From positions 341,444 through 405,443 of the forward strand of contig NW_027192194.1 in NCBI RefSeq assembly GCF_041956535.1: a stretch of 64,000 nucleotides of DNA. Reading direction: 5' to 3'. The stretch comes from Calcarisporiella thermophila CBS 279.70 (taxonomy: Eukaryota > Fungi > Calcarisporiellomycota). Positions 1 to 15,996 of the stretch are shown here, in pieces. Position numbers and translations under genes: made by a program. Each line of letters starts with the position of its first letter. Positions within the stretch are counted from its first letter, which is position 1. The notes below the pieces were generated by a model. It saw only the letters and a list, made by a program, of their open reading frames with translations, ran no database searches and had not been told where the DNA came from.

Positions 1-863
1 CTATAGTTAAAATTGTAAGGCTTAGAGTATTCTTGGTTATTTTCTACCGTATTTGATATTTACCGATTCCAATTCCATGTACAAAAATTATTGGCGATTG
101 TTTTAGCGATTTATCCTGTGCAATATAGGATCCTGGTCTCATCCAGTATGATAGATGCCCACATTGCATCCTTCGAAAACCTTGATAAGAGAGATATAAG
201 CCCATAACTAAATCTGCTACCGACACTATTCCATATACAACAAGGGGCCGACTAAGTGAAGTGAAGGGATCCAAAGTCATTCGCATGCAGTTGACATTGG
301 AATTATATCCGTTTTCTAGTTTAGAGCCTATTTTCTGTTCCAGAATACGGATCATCCCCTCCGTTGTTTGCACTTCTTGCACTGTCAATTCATCCAAATA
401 TTTATCATAAAAAGCCCACCCCAAATATTCGCGTATATTTTCCTTTCGTAAATCATTAACATGTGCACCATTGAACCAGAGAGAGAGTGTAGCAGTGATC
501 TCAGTAGCATGCGAGCAACACTCGAAGAAGATGCGATTCATTTCCTGGGGAGAGAGAGAAGGAGGGAGTACGCGATGCTGTAATCGCTTAGAGGTACGGT
601 AGTAATATACTGAGAAGGCACACTCTGCCGCGCTCCAAAATAATGCAATTACACGCCATCTTAATTCAAGTATGTTAGAGAGAAATATCCTGCAGATTTA
701 TAAAGTTCTTATATAGATAATACCTTGGGAGAGAACACATGGTTCCATTTCTAATAATAAAATCGCGAATCGCTAGTGTAACATTGGCCCAACAGAGTGC
801 AGTAATGCCATAGATTGGGAACACAAAGGCAAAAAGTACAATGTAGTAATCCCAACGTGGCAT
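1..863 (-). CDS. Alpha/beta-hydrolase-fold membrane-associated protein (5' part; runs off the left edge)
   Basis: Exon MPRWDYY... (863) splices through a GT-AG intron (~691-723) into ORF 44..541. It contains EYLGWAF and PIIFVHGIGIG, the oxyanion-loop motif of a conserved fungal a/b hydrolase family. Confidence 0.7.
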
Positions 864-1683
864 TGGAATGAACTAGGACATTTACAATAGTGATAGATGG
901 TGAGTTAACTGAATAGGTCGATTAAAATAGGTTATATATAAGGAATTTTTTCTATCTGCAAATAAAAGTTGAGGGTGAGTATGCGATATCAAATTCAGTA
1001 AAGCTATTAATTTTCAAAACTTGTTAGATATTTTCATTACTAAATGAATTCTCTAGAATTCACTATTAAAAATTATGTAGGATCTCGTCTTTTAGGCTAG
1101 CAAGTATAGAATGACTTGACACCATGCTAACGAATTATCCTAGTATTTATATAAAGCTCCAAGCTGCGAAAATGGTGAAGAGGAAATTTTTGACTCTTTG
1201 CCATTTCACACACATATGGCAGTATTTACATAATTGGGGATTACAAAGAGGTATGTGTTAAAGAATTTATGTAAATATGTATGTTTAAATTCAACTATCC
1301 ATTAGACGCTATTACCTTTCAAGCATTAATTTTTCAGAAAAATCTCCCTCTTTTATGCCAGGCTCACTTAGCTATTTTCCTAGCGACTGTTAGAAGAGAA
1401 AATGCTACGGCCATCTAAATAATATAAGTTTTATCTTGAGGTTCAGTTGAAGAGACCATTGAAAATACCGCATTGAAAATGAGATAATTCTAATAGTCAA
1501 AATTTTGTCATTTTTTGAATATAGAAATGGCAGGTCTGATTATTAAGGAGCTTTATTGAAGTGTCTGTGCAAAATGGAAAAAACCACTAATTAATACGTC
1601 ATCAAATTCATTTCGACTAACTAGCAGTTTTTAGTGACGCGAAGAAATTGTAATATCCATTACATTCCGAGAGGCCAACTGTT

Positions 1684-4600
1684 ATGGATTTTTTTACAAA
1701 AGGCTATAGTGCGCTTCGAGGAGACAAGGGCCAGCATCAGAGCGCAAGTGATACAATTGACAGGCTTTGTGACCGCCTTGCTAATGCTACTCTGCTTGAG
1801 GACCGTCGTGCTGCAGTTTTAAGTCTAAAGGGATTGGCTAAAGATTACCGAAATGTAAGGGAATTAACCAGTTCGACAAATTATTTGTATTAGACTCTTT
1901 TACCACTTCCACGCTCTGATTATCATTATGAAATGATTTTAAATATAAAATGTTCAAATGTTGAATCATCTTACTAAACTCGTTACCTTTATTAGGAGGT
2001 TGGGGCGAGGGGCTTAACAATCTTACTTAAAGCTCTAGAGCAAGATGGGCTTGATGTAGACACTCTACGGGCAATACTTGAAACGTTAAATATAATTTGT
2101 TCAGTTGAAGATGAAAAGGTAAATATTGATTGTATTTTTAAAGTATAATGAATTCATTTTAACTGTGTAAATTTCATTTAGGAGCCTTTAAACGATCCTG
2201 GAGCAATATTTACAGAGGAATTTGTTAGGGTATGCTAAAAATGTATATGAATGATATATATAAATTTCCTTTTAATCTATTCCCGCTCCTCTTAAAAAAG
2301 GACCCTAATAACGTAACTTTGGTCTTGGATGCACTAAACCAAGAGGATTCATATGTACGTTACAGTTGCGTCAAGTTACTCTCCACTCTTCTTAAGAATA
2401 AAAGCCAAAGACTCCAAGAGTGCATCCTAATATCTCCGATGGGAATTTCTCGACTTGTCGGTTTACTTGATGACCGGCGTGAATTCATAAGGAACGGTAA
2501 AATGACTATTTATATCTTTATTAAATATTCATGAGTTAAGCTTCATATATTCTGTTATTTAATGATTTTATAGAGGGACTTCTCCTGTTAATAGCTCTCA
2601 CCACGACAAATGCGGATATTCAAAAAATTGTCGCGTTCGAAAATGCTTTCGAGCGTCTTTTCGAAATAATTCTAGAGGAAGAGGCTTTGGACGGTGGAAT
2701 AGTCGTCCAGGATTGTTTGGAACTAACAGTGAATCTATTGCGTTATAACATTTCTAATCAAGTATGCTTTTGACCTTTTTTTTAGAGCACATGTGACTTA
2801 TTTTCATTTTTGATAGAATTATTTCCGCGAGACAAGCTGCATTCAAAGGCTTCCTGGTCTCTTTGGTCTCCTAGGTTTCAATCCACTTGAATCAAATACG
2901 CGGGCACCTCAATTTGTTGAGGTGCCCTGGCCAGCTCAGAAAATTATGAATGCCAATTTGATGCTTAGATTAATTAAGATGCTTGTCGTTCCTAATAGCA
3001 CCAACACTTCTATCAATCAGGTATATTTTCTCCTTTGTTTCTCGAATGCTTACTCAGGATCTTATAACCTATATTGCATTATATAGAACTTAATGCATCA
3101 ATGTGGGGTGTTGCAATCTGTTACTGAAATGGCTCTTTCTTCGAATGCACCTCCCGTTGTTAAAGCTGAGGTACTTTATTATATTGGCTCTTAGGGATTA
3201 TGTTGATATATTGATATATTGATCTGGAACTCGCTTTTATCAGGCCCTTTATGCTTTGGCAGATATCGTTCGTGGTAATTTGACGAATCAGAACTATCTA
3301 TCCAATATAATGATTGCAACACATCCTATGGAATTTGACGGTCATGAACGATATTCAATACCTTGTCCTGCAATAGCTGCTCTAGTTGCGGTTGCGGTCG
3401 CACCCGATTACAGTAATAACCCAGGATTACAAGCTCGCGCTGCTGCTACATACGTCTTAGAGGTTTGAATGGTTATTTAATAATATATTGCTTAAAATGT
3501 ATAATTAAGTTTTACTATTAGTGTCAAATGATCAAAAACCCAGATGCTCAACTTGCTCTTGCCTCTACCTTAACTCCTCCTCCTGAAGATAATCCTAATA
3601 CTGATTTGGCAGGTGAATTTAACGATTTAGCTATTGGTATAAACTCTGTTGACGCCAATATTGATATATTCCTTGGCTAGGTCGACCTTTCTCCGCTGGT
3701 TCTCTTGTTTTAAATGCTTTGGTAGATTGGGAGCGCTCATTAAAAGACCCCTACATATGTTGGTTCGCTTCAGTCATACTTTCTCACGTTTTACGAGACA
3801 ATGACCAGTGCAAGACCATTGCCGCCGCAATCACCTTAGGTGATCCTGATCATGGTAAAAAGTGAGATTTAGGAATTATAGCATTTGTTATTAAATTGTT
3901 TGTATTAGGTGAGGAGCCCGTTCCACTCGTTCACGCGATATCTGCTTCATTGATGATGGCATCGCGTGATAATGCAGCGGATCTACGTGTACAAATCGCC
4001 TATCTTAGTTTGCTAATCACATGGCTGTTTAATAGCCCATCATCTGTAAAACAATTTCTCTCCGAGGGTGTTCATGTGCAATTCGTATCCTTTGTTTCAT
4101 ACAAATTCAATTTTCATACCGATTTTAAAGGATTAGAGGTTATCTTTAACCATTATCCAATTAATAGCTTATAGAGCAAGTTAATCAATCCTCGGTTGAT
4201 CCCATGATACAAGGCCTTTCTGCTTTCCTTCTTGGCGTATCTTACAAGTTTGATGATGACCCTGAAGCCGCCTTCTCTAGATCCCAGCTGCAACCTATTC
4301 TACTCAGCCGGGTTGGTGCTGATCAATTCGTGAGCCGAATCTCTAGATTACGTGAAAATGATGCCGTCAAAGTTTCTTCTAGTTGCTTGCAAGTAAGTAC
4401 ATAGTCATTCCAGAGTCGATTTTTAAAGATTTATATTTTGATTATCTATAGATATCTGAACTCGATCACGAGAAATATATTGCAACAGGTGCTCTACCAC
4501 CTCTTTTTTTCGATCAGGCTTTTCTTGAGTTTTTCAAGACTACATATGGTAAGAGTTGTGTTATTTCTTTCTGCTAAACCTATAAATAACTATTCAATTT

Positions 4601-5140
4601 TATTTAGATTCAATACAGAGATCTATTTCCGAGGATCCAAATGCCCTGCGATCTGCACAAAGTAATTATACGTGATTTTTTTTGATAAAGCAAAACTATA
4701 AACTTATATTTCTATAGCGGAAGCATCCACGGCACCCGCATCTGATACACTATTAAATGATTACAAGCATGCTCTTGCTGATAAGGATGGGCAAATCGAA
4801 AAATTAAAAGACATAATTAATGGCTTAGAAAAGAAACTTGCTGAAGAGGTAAAAATTAATAGAAATAAGGGTTATCTCACGTTGGTTGATTGCGTTAATT
4901 GGATTATTTTTAATATAGCAATCTGTAAAAGCTGATTATCAAGCCCGTGTTGAGCAATTACAATTATCTCTCAATACTCTACTTGCAAAGCACTCTACTC
5001 TTGAGAAAGAACAAGAAGATCTTCTAGTGTGCTTAGCTGAACAGGATCTTGAGATGAAGCAGCTCAAAGGACGTTTAAAGGAGCTTGGAGAAACAATAGA
5101 AGAGGATGAAGAGGAGGCTGTGGATGAAAATGAGGAATGA
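1684..5140 (+). CDS. USO1: Uso1/p115 vesicle-tethering protein (armadillo head, short coiled coil, acidic tail), ~16 introns
   Basis: TIDRLCDRLANATLLEDRRAAV, PMGISRLVGLLDDRREFIRNEG, IQKIVAFENAFERLF, IQGLSAFLLG, EQEDLLVCLAEQD and an acidic C-terminus; stop TGA 5138-5140. Confidence 0.95.
4085..4167 (+). other. U12-type (minor spliceosome) GT-AG intron in USO1
   Basis: Donor GTATCCTTT, branch TCTTTAAC (4143-4150), acceptor AATAG. Removal joins VHVQF to LIEQVNQSSVDPMIQG in frame. Confidence 0.8.
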
Positions 5141-5362
5141 TGGAATAATAAATAGATAAATAATATCCTCCTTTATATACGATTTCTGCCTTATAATCAT
5201 ACTGGTTTTCTACAAAATTTAAATTTCAAGAGAAATAAAGAGAGTATATTTTTACTTTATTTCTTTATACCTACATTTATATTCTTGCTAATTGATTTTT
5301 TTTTTTTACATTCATGATCATATTGTGGCTTGTCATTCTTATTGAGTAGAATATAAGATTCG

Positions 5363-5368
5363 ACGCGT
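5363..5368. promoter_or_regulatory. MCB-like element ACGCGT upstream of RAP1
   Basis: Exact ACGCGT ~55 nt before the ATG in AT-rich context. Confidence 0.4.
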
Positions 5369-5423
5369 TTACGCACTAAATGGTACAAAGAGGTTTACCT
5401 CTCGAACTCAGAATTGACTTGAT

Positions 5424-7687
5424 ATGGTGTCACCTTCACATATAGAGTCATACCCACAAGATCGACTGCGAGAAGAGAAGATTTTTCATGGGATCGCATT
5501 CTTTGTCGCATATCTGGTAGACGAAAGAGAAAAAATTTTGAATTTAATTAGAGTAAGTTCAATTCCCTTGGATTTTTTTGTGGTTTCAGCACTACATTTT
5601 CTGTTAATTCTCTATTTTGGTGGATATATTGATATGAAAAAAATGACTATGTAGCGAAATGGTGGCGTAATAGTCTCGAATCCTCACAACGCTAATCATG
5701 CAATTGTTAATTCAACTGCGAACATATCTAACCCTGGAATTTCGGATCGATTTATCTGGGACTCAGTTCGGGCCGGGCGACTACTGGATGTGAGGGAATA
5801 TTGGGTTGATCCAAACCGAGTTCGCCGCGGACGACAAGTATTTACGGACGAAGAAGATCGAATTTTGCTTGAATGGGTTCAGAAATACGGAGCCACAAAC
5901 GATCGCGGGAATCTAATATATCAGAATCTAGAAAAAGTGGTATGTGTATATATGTTTGAAAAAAACCTTAATTTTAGTCTTTTTTTAATATATACTTCCT
6001 ACCGCAGTACCCACAACATACTTGGCAATCATGGCGAGGGCGTTACTTGAAGATACATTTACCAAATAGAAGGAGATTACTACAAGAGTCTCAAGATAGG
6101 ACAACCAATTTAAATTCTAGTATTACCGTGCATAACGGAGATATAGCAAAATCTACTACCTCAGGTATATATACAGTCAAAACAATTGAATCCTCTTCTT
6201 TACAGGATGTCAAGTTCCCTGATAATAAGCCTGTTCCCTCTAAAATTGGCGACACGAGAATATCAATGCAGAGCCATGAGGAGCTAAAATTGGAGCCGGA
6301 AGTAGCCCACAGCTCACAAAATTATAAGTCGCAGAATGACGCTATGGGCACTAAAATTGAGCAAATAGCGGGTTCCTCCTTACCTTTAGGCCGGGAAAAA
6401 TTGTCAGAGAATGCACCATTTTTAAGGACAAATGTGGAAAAGCATGAGAATGACGGGGAATATGAATTAACTCCTTCTGATGAAGAAGAATATGCTAGCG
6501 CTGAAGAAATTTTAGACCTGGCTGCTGAGAATTTTCAGTCTCTTACAACACATTTTTCTACGCCAGTACGGCACCAGTCCGAGCGGCTTGCACACTCTAC
6601 GTCTCCAGCGCGAGATTCTCATTCAACACATTTATTCCCAGTTAAAGATTCTAATTTGTGCAAGATGAAAATATCAAGTAATAAGATTGGGAGAAAGCAT
6701 ATGAACGACACTGAACAACATATGTACGAAGGAAGTCTTGGGATGTATCGAAATTCTCAGCAGAAGAGTACGATCGATGAAAGGAAGGAGCTGCCGCCTG
6801 CGGAGCCTAAGCATCTCAACCCACTTAGTATTAGCTCTTTAGCAACCAGGGGGGACGGCAATGAGCCAGCAGTTAGTTCTGATAGTCGTATCTCTCCTAT
6901 ATTTGATTATAATTCAATAGTTGATAACACTAAACCGAATGCTCGGAAACAAGATAGTGAGAAAGAATTTAAACCACAGAAACGGGCGAAGCCAAATAAT
7001 AGCAGAGAGAATAACACCAAGCGAAAACAGCAATTCTATACTGTAGCATCCACGACACCGACACCACCTATAGCTACTGCTACTATAACTAGCAGATCTG
7101 TTACGCCCACCGATACAGTTCTCCACACCTCTAGTCCTATCCCAAATGGGTCTTTGAAGAATTCTTTCAATAACTTGGAGATCCCGGAGAGTAAGCAAGT
7201 GTCAAAAGGAAAAAATACCGCACAAGAAGAAACTGAAAAGAGCCTAGACTCATCACTTTTGCATGCAAAAAGCACGACCAAAACCTCCCCTGTTGAAATC
7301 CGTACTCTATTTTTACGCACCGTGAAAGGAATATGTATAGAGACCAGATGTTCCGTTTCGGATGTCATTGAAGTACTTAAACGGACGAATGGGGATTTCG
7401 GACTAGCAAGACGAATATTATTGAAGAAAATTGATAGTGAGTATTATTAGTTTAGTGATTAGGGTATATTTCTCATTTGTTCTTATTAAACTACAGTGGA
7501 CGAAGAACCGAAAATATGGACTGAGGAGGAAGATCGTGTTATTTGTGAAGAAACTGATACCGTTCTTATACGTAAGTTATATGATCAAAAGGGGTCCCAT
7601 GCGGTGCAGAAAAGAGTGCTATTCTTGTCACGATATCATAGTCCTGAAGCATCTCTGTCCACTTTTAATATTAACGCTCATAATTAA
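5424..7687 (+). CDS. RAP1: Telomere protein Rap1 (BRCT, single Myb, C-terminal RCT domain)
   Basis: BRCT-like IFHGIAFFV...LIRRNGG; Rap1 Myb FTDEEDRILLEWV...GNLIYQNLEK..PQHTWQSWRGRY; RCT VIEVLKRTNGDFGLA...IWTEEED...KGSHAVQKRVLFL; 3 GT-AG introns. Confidence 0.85.
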
Positions 7688-7991
7688 ATTCGCTTCTATT
7701 AGTGTTTGCATTTTCATTGTCATTAATCGTCCCATTAATTTTTTAGTTATTAAAAATGTGTAGCAATGATATCTATTGTATCAAAGAATATGATAGTTTA
7801 CCTGGAGTTTTGATCTACTAAATATACAACCACCCTTGATATGAAGGGAAAAAACTAATCTGTATTCATTCAATCACGTGAAACCTTCATTCTTTCCGAT
7901 ATGGGTACACACAACCATAATAATATATTAGCTGCGCCTATTTATCCTTATTTTTGTCCTCGAAATCCCGTTCCTGAAATTCATTACGAAA

Positions 7992-8387
7992 ATGTCAAAA
8001 TCTTCAACTTCCTCAACACCCTCATTTGCATCCTCGGAAGTATATTACCAGATACCCTCTTCCATACTAGCTAGATTTCGCCAGTATATACCCAGTTCAT
8101 CTGAAAGTAATCCTGACTATATTTCGTTTCAACAATTAGACCAAGACGAATATATCAATACAGCACTACTTCATACAAAATCAGATTCAAATGATTTCTC
8201 GAAGAAAATCAGCATAGAGTTCGAAGAATATCCAGACGACCAAATTGGTTGGGATCTTTACGAATCGTTAAAGGGCAACCCAGAGTTTCTTAAGTGGTTT
8301 AATAGTGACAGTTCAGAGGATAGCGAATGGAAAATCAAAGCCTTAAGACGTCTGGAAGCTTTGAGGGCGCAGTTTTCACAGAAATAA
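7992..8387 (+). CDS. Hypothetical 131-aa acidic protein, intronless
   Basis: AAAATG start context, protein-like composition, TCACGTGA motif upstream (~7875); no family recognised. Confidence 0.6.
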   Translation: MSKSSTSSTPSFASSEVYYQIPSSILARFRQYIPSSSESNPDYISFQQLDQDEYINTALLHTKSDSNDFSKKISIEFEEYPDDQIGWDLYESLKGNPEFLKWFNSDSSEDSEWKIKALRRLEALRAQFSQK

Positions 8388-8541
8388 TCTTTGTTTTCTA
8401 TACCTGGTTGTCCTTATTTAATTACTACCCTAATTTGTAAACAAGGGGAAATACTGTATTTATTTAGATTATAGACAAGTAAAAAGAAGCTATTATATCC
8501 TAGCTAAATGGCTTGTAGTTTTACATTCCATTCGCTCAAGC

Positions 8542-10306
8542 TTAATGCTCCTCATCATTGATCAGAAAATTTTCGATCTGCTTCCGTAAATTCTCTTCAG
8601 TGTTCTCCTTGCTGTTATCACTTGCTTTTATCCCCTCTGCTACATAAGGAGGGAAGGTAACAGGTGTATTGACTCGAATATCGCGCAAATTAGTACGGCA
8701 TGAGTAACATAAATGCCCTGTAAGATCAAAATGATTCGATGTATCTGCACATGTTGAAGTTGAGGATGGAGCTAAAGTATCTTCAGTCGAAGGAGGGTGA
8801 AGGGTGATAATTCGCTCTTGCCACTCCTGGATGTTCTGCTGCACTGGCCTAATGTATACACAAATTAAATATTCAATATAAATTGCTCAGTCTATATAAG
8901 CTTTTTTACATCTGGCATATCACGCAGCGCTGGTTTGGATCTATAGCTTGGTTTGCTGTTAACTTGGCTCCCGTCCTTGCAATAGTACTTACTGTTGACG
9001 GGAAATCCTTATCTAGGCCAACAATGAAATCTTCGGTGAGTCTATCAATACTTGCTTTTGCTGGAGCATATGTTGAAAGATTGGGAATAGCAACGGGGTC
9101 TAATCCGTTAAATTTGTTGTACATAGCGATCTCCTTGGAATTGGCGTCCTTCATCGGGCGCATGATTGTTATATCTAAGTATTAAATCCTACATTAATTG
9201 AACAAAATTTCAGAAAAGATAAATCAAAAGACTACCTCCAAACCAAGAGGACTCTCCAGCAGTATCAATCGGTAGACTAAACCCGCGACCTTTGCTTGTA
9301 AGTGCTATGATTTTTATTGCCAATCGAGATGCAGAGTCACCCAAAAATATAAACGAGCATCTACAGTAGAATCTAGATTAATATTTTCGTATATTGAAAA
9401 TTATTGAGAAATCAATGGTTACCCTTCACGCCTAGCAATTTCTAAAAGCAAATTCATTCGCAAATGACGGATAATGTCTTCCTTTGATGTTAGCTTTGAC
9501 ACAGCCTTGATGAGAGACTGCAACATTTCGCTTGGTGACCGAGGATCTTCACCAAGTTGCATCTTGAGCACTGCGTAAAAATATAAATTTTAGCAATCGA
9601 TCGAGTTCAATATATATATATATATAATTTACCACCAAGCTCTCTTTGTATAGACGGATCTATCTCCAGAGTGGCCATGATCCTTTCAAATCCACCATTT
9701 CTCGTATAATGGGGTTGAAATATGTCCTCCAACCGTACACCCAAGAACTCAAAATCTGTGTGTTTTTTAACAACTTGCTCCACTTTTTCTATTGTGCCTT
9801 CATTTTCACCATTGCTCAATATCATCGACTCTTCGATATAGCATACTTTCATATCGGCAAAATATTGTCGTTTAGGATCGGGCATTCCGAGCCGGTATCT
9901 AGTATACATCAAATGTATCATTGAAAGTGACGATGGCCCTCCAGAGAATGCGAGTATAGCACGGGCCTGCCTACGGGACTGGATAGCAGGGGATTTTGTC
10001 ATATTAGCACGAAATTTGCCATTGTAAACGTAAAGAAAGCAGGTTCTGAAATAAGAAATTATATATCCTCATAGTAAATTTCTAGATTAAATTAACATGA
10101 AAAACTAAACAATTTACTTGCAATAGAGGACATGTCGAACAAGGATGACGGGTTTTTGAGTTTTACATTTCCAGCATAGAGTAGGATCAGTCTGAGCCCT
10201 ACTTTTTCGCTCTAATAATCAAAAAGAATGATTACCCCAAAATAATTAAAGGATAAAGGATAAATTCATACTAACTTGTTAAGACAGGTTCATCTATATC
10301 GCACAT
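8542..10306 (-). CDS. CTU2: Cytoplasmic tRNA 2-thiolation protein 2 (Ctu2/Ncs2)
   Basis: N-terminal CWKC..YCKTCF, PP-loop-like AFSGGPSS, GDSASRLAIK...TSKGRG, RPMKD, SIDRLTEDFIVGLDKDFPSTVSTIARTGAKL, CVICQ, LCYSCR; start MCDIDEP at 10306. Confidence 0.93.
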
Positions 10307-10435
10307 GTTTCAAGCCGATAATTATTATTTTGATTCTTATAAAGAGTAGGGTAGCCAAAATATTGACAGCTTTAAGTGACTACTCTTCAATTTATATGCT
10401 CAATTTTTTTTTTCAACTGCGATCAAAGAACCGCG

Positions 10436-13124
<2,689 letters not shown>

Positions 13125-13225
13125 TACCTTTGAATCATTTCTCCAATAAATATTGGGAAAAATTGTATTATACACATTTGGATGAATTAAAGGAGGCTTA
13201 CATGATACACCATTGCTTAAGTTTA

Positions 13226-14350
13226 TTAACAATACACGCGTAAATTCTCTGTGACCCGCTCGTCTAAATCGACTTCAGTCACATAGAGCTTTCTTTCCAC
13301 CTTTTTCTTTTCAACCTCCTCCTCTCCGATTTCCTCAACTTTGTACAAGTCTTTTCTTCTCCATACACGCTCCTCATCTCGCCCTAAATCTAAATCTATC
13401 TTGGTGTCCAGTTCGCGTGTTTTGCCGAGACAGATCTTCACAGCTTCTTCGCCCACACGTTCAATGTATTGATATGAATTGAAAGCCATGAAGATGCGAC
13501 GAGGGAAATTGCGAAAGCCTAGTAGGTTTTCTTGTGGTAGAAATCCGACCGGGGAAATAAGTGAAGTAGGTGGAAGGGAAAAATAGCTGGTATCAGTAGG
13601 TTCTTTGTGCAAAGATTCCAAAACGCTCTCTTCCATTGCAGCAACTGGCGATGTAGACGAATTAGAAATGTTTTCTGGCTTTTCGGGCAGCTCTTTCTCT
13701 GTTGCAATACTTTCTTCTACGGAATCGATGGTAGTTTTTTCATTACTCACACTATCTGCGGATATATCAGCAGGATTTTCAAGTGACATATTGCAACCGG
13801 CACTAATTCCGTTTAGCAATTCACACCATGCAATTCTACCAACAGCAATCATTCCGTCCACTTCCTCAGGACGTGTCAGTTTTGACTCGATCCCATTATC
13901 TTTGGAGGCATCTGTAGGAAGTGCATTTAAGGCACGTTTGCGGCGCTGGCGTATTTCTTCCTGCACCATTGAGGTGATTTCCGTAGGTGAACCCTCTTTG
14001 ATCTCGTAATCCAAGGCTGCAGCAACAAAAATTGGCTATCAATAATAGAACTGTTAAAATTCAATTCATTCATTAAAGCCAGCTTTGGGGTTTACCTTTA
14101 TATATTCCCGAAACCATCGACGACTCTTATAAATACCATCACCAGGTGGTTCTGCCAGATATACCACCACTTTTCGTGGCATTTCATATGGGCCAAGAGG
14201 CTCACGGGCTAGATGTTCGACTCGAGCAGCTAATCTTTCATGCACTTGCTTACTCAGATGCTTGTCACGATATATGAGTCCTGCAACAGTAGCCGAGACT
14301 AGGAGAAAAGCAGAAGTTGTTTTAGAAGGGGCCCTGATTTTGAACACCAT
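13226..14350 (-). CDS. TIM54: Mitochondrial inner membrane translocase subunit Tim54
   Basis: N-terminal TM, then MPRKVVVYLAEPPGDG...WFREYIKPIFVAAALDYE; GMIAVGRIAWCELLNGI; LLGFRNFPRRIF; one intron. Confidence 0.9.
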
Positions 14351-14519
14351 TTCTATTCTATTACACTCTCTTAGTTATCATAGAGAGCAGTTGTATATTT
14401 TGGATTTTTGTTTACTTGTGACATATAATTTGAACTCAGATATCTATAGAGGTATCCGAAGTCAAATGCAAAATCTACTTGAAAACGCGTCAAAATTTAC
14501 AAAGCTATGAGATATAATC

Positions 14520-15113
14520 TTATGTTGCTGCTGCTGACTTTTCTCCTTCATTTTCTTCTCTCGACCTGATATCTTTTTCCTCTCCGAGGGCCCCCTCTGG
14601 CACCCTTCCCTGCGTTTCGCACAATGATCCATCTATTAAATAAGTATATTGCCCACCTCGGGTTTTCTCCGTCAATTCATATGCAATTGGTAAACTGCAC
14701 CCTAGTCGTATGCCAATAAGTCAAGTACTAGTGTAAATTTTCAAAAATCTAAAGGCAGCTTACTTGCACAGTGAAAGCGAAATTGCTTTTCAAACCCGTT
14801 GGTTCTCTTCAGCAAAACAACTGATTTTTGATCGGTTACTCCACTTAGCTTATAGTGCCGTCGATTATTATCCACAATGAGCGCATGATCTGTTTTTCTC
14901 TTTGGCAGAGCTCTTAAATCTTTATCTGCAATAAAAAAATTGATCAGCAATTCGAACTGAAACAAAATAAAGTGATGGATATAGACCAATTACGAGTATA
15001 AATTCACTACATAAGCAGTAATATACACACAACTTTTGCTGTTGTTGTTGCTGAAGGGATTTGTTGACATCATCTGAAGTAACGACTGTAGAAGAAGACA
15101 CCACTCTGGGCAT
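14520..15113 (-). CDS. STEEP1: STEEP1/CXorf56 (UPF0428) homolog
   Basis: Spliced: MPRVVSSS...LCVYYCLCSEFILVIDKDLRALPKRKTDHALIV...GFEKQFRFHCARCSLPIAYE...YTYLIDGSL; two introns. Confidence 0.85.
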
Positions 15114-15996
15114 TTTGATCTCAAGATTTCGAAAATAAGAAATAAGAAAACTAGTTTCAGACACCGATAAATTTTCAAATATATAAGTTGATACATTGTG
15201 TTCTACTGAATTGGCCGTTACTAGATAATCTTGTAGAAGTAGAATTAACATAGCATTTTTTTTTTTTCCCAAAAATAAATGCACCGCCATGTACCCCATA
15301 TTTGGTTCCAAAATTTCGAGTATCTTATTCTAAATGAGATCCTATATAATAATGAAATTAGAGGCAAAATTACAAAACATTAATATCTCTGGGAAGCTGC
15401 TCGCAGAAAAATGCCAACCCATTAACGAGGGAAAAATCACCCCTCAACATCTTGGGATAAATTTGTATTTAAAATACTATTAGCCAACTAGGTGAGAAAA
15501 CTGGCGTACCCATGGGGGACACTTTTGTTTTTTCTGGAATGCTCATTTTTGCATTATTGTATGGGCAGAGTTATATCATGGTACAGTCTAAACAAAATCT
15601 ATAGCTATATCCTGACTCAGTTTTTGTCTCATATAAAGGATTTTGAGATCTCATAAAAAGAGGAATATTGTATTGCAACAGAAAGCCTCTAAATGCGTCC
15701 AAATTTCTTTGATTTTGCAAGCTCTTGGTCAAAATTTTACATTTTTCTCCTATTTTCCTCCCCTTTTTCCATCAAGTTATTACGCCTTTGGCCGCATAAG
15801 TTGAGAATACAAGAAATTAGGCCAACGTCGAGCAATCAAACTTTATGTTTCCTCTGCTCGATTCCTCAACTTATCTCATCGTTTTTACTATCGCAGTCTA
15901 TATATCCTCACGTTCAAAAGATAAATACAGATATAGGACTTCTAATAATTGCGCCGCCCCTTCTCCATGTTGAATAAGCTTTCGAAAAATGGTGCT

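Noticed and set aside
14927-14986. ATATCC inside STEEP1 intron 1 as an AT-AC donor
   Set aside because: Imperfect consensus, no AC acceptor or U12 branch; the GT donor gives the expected ILVID-KD junction.
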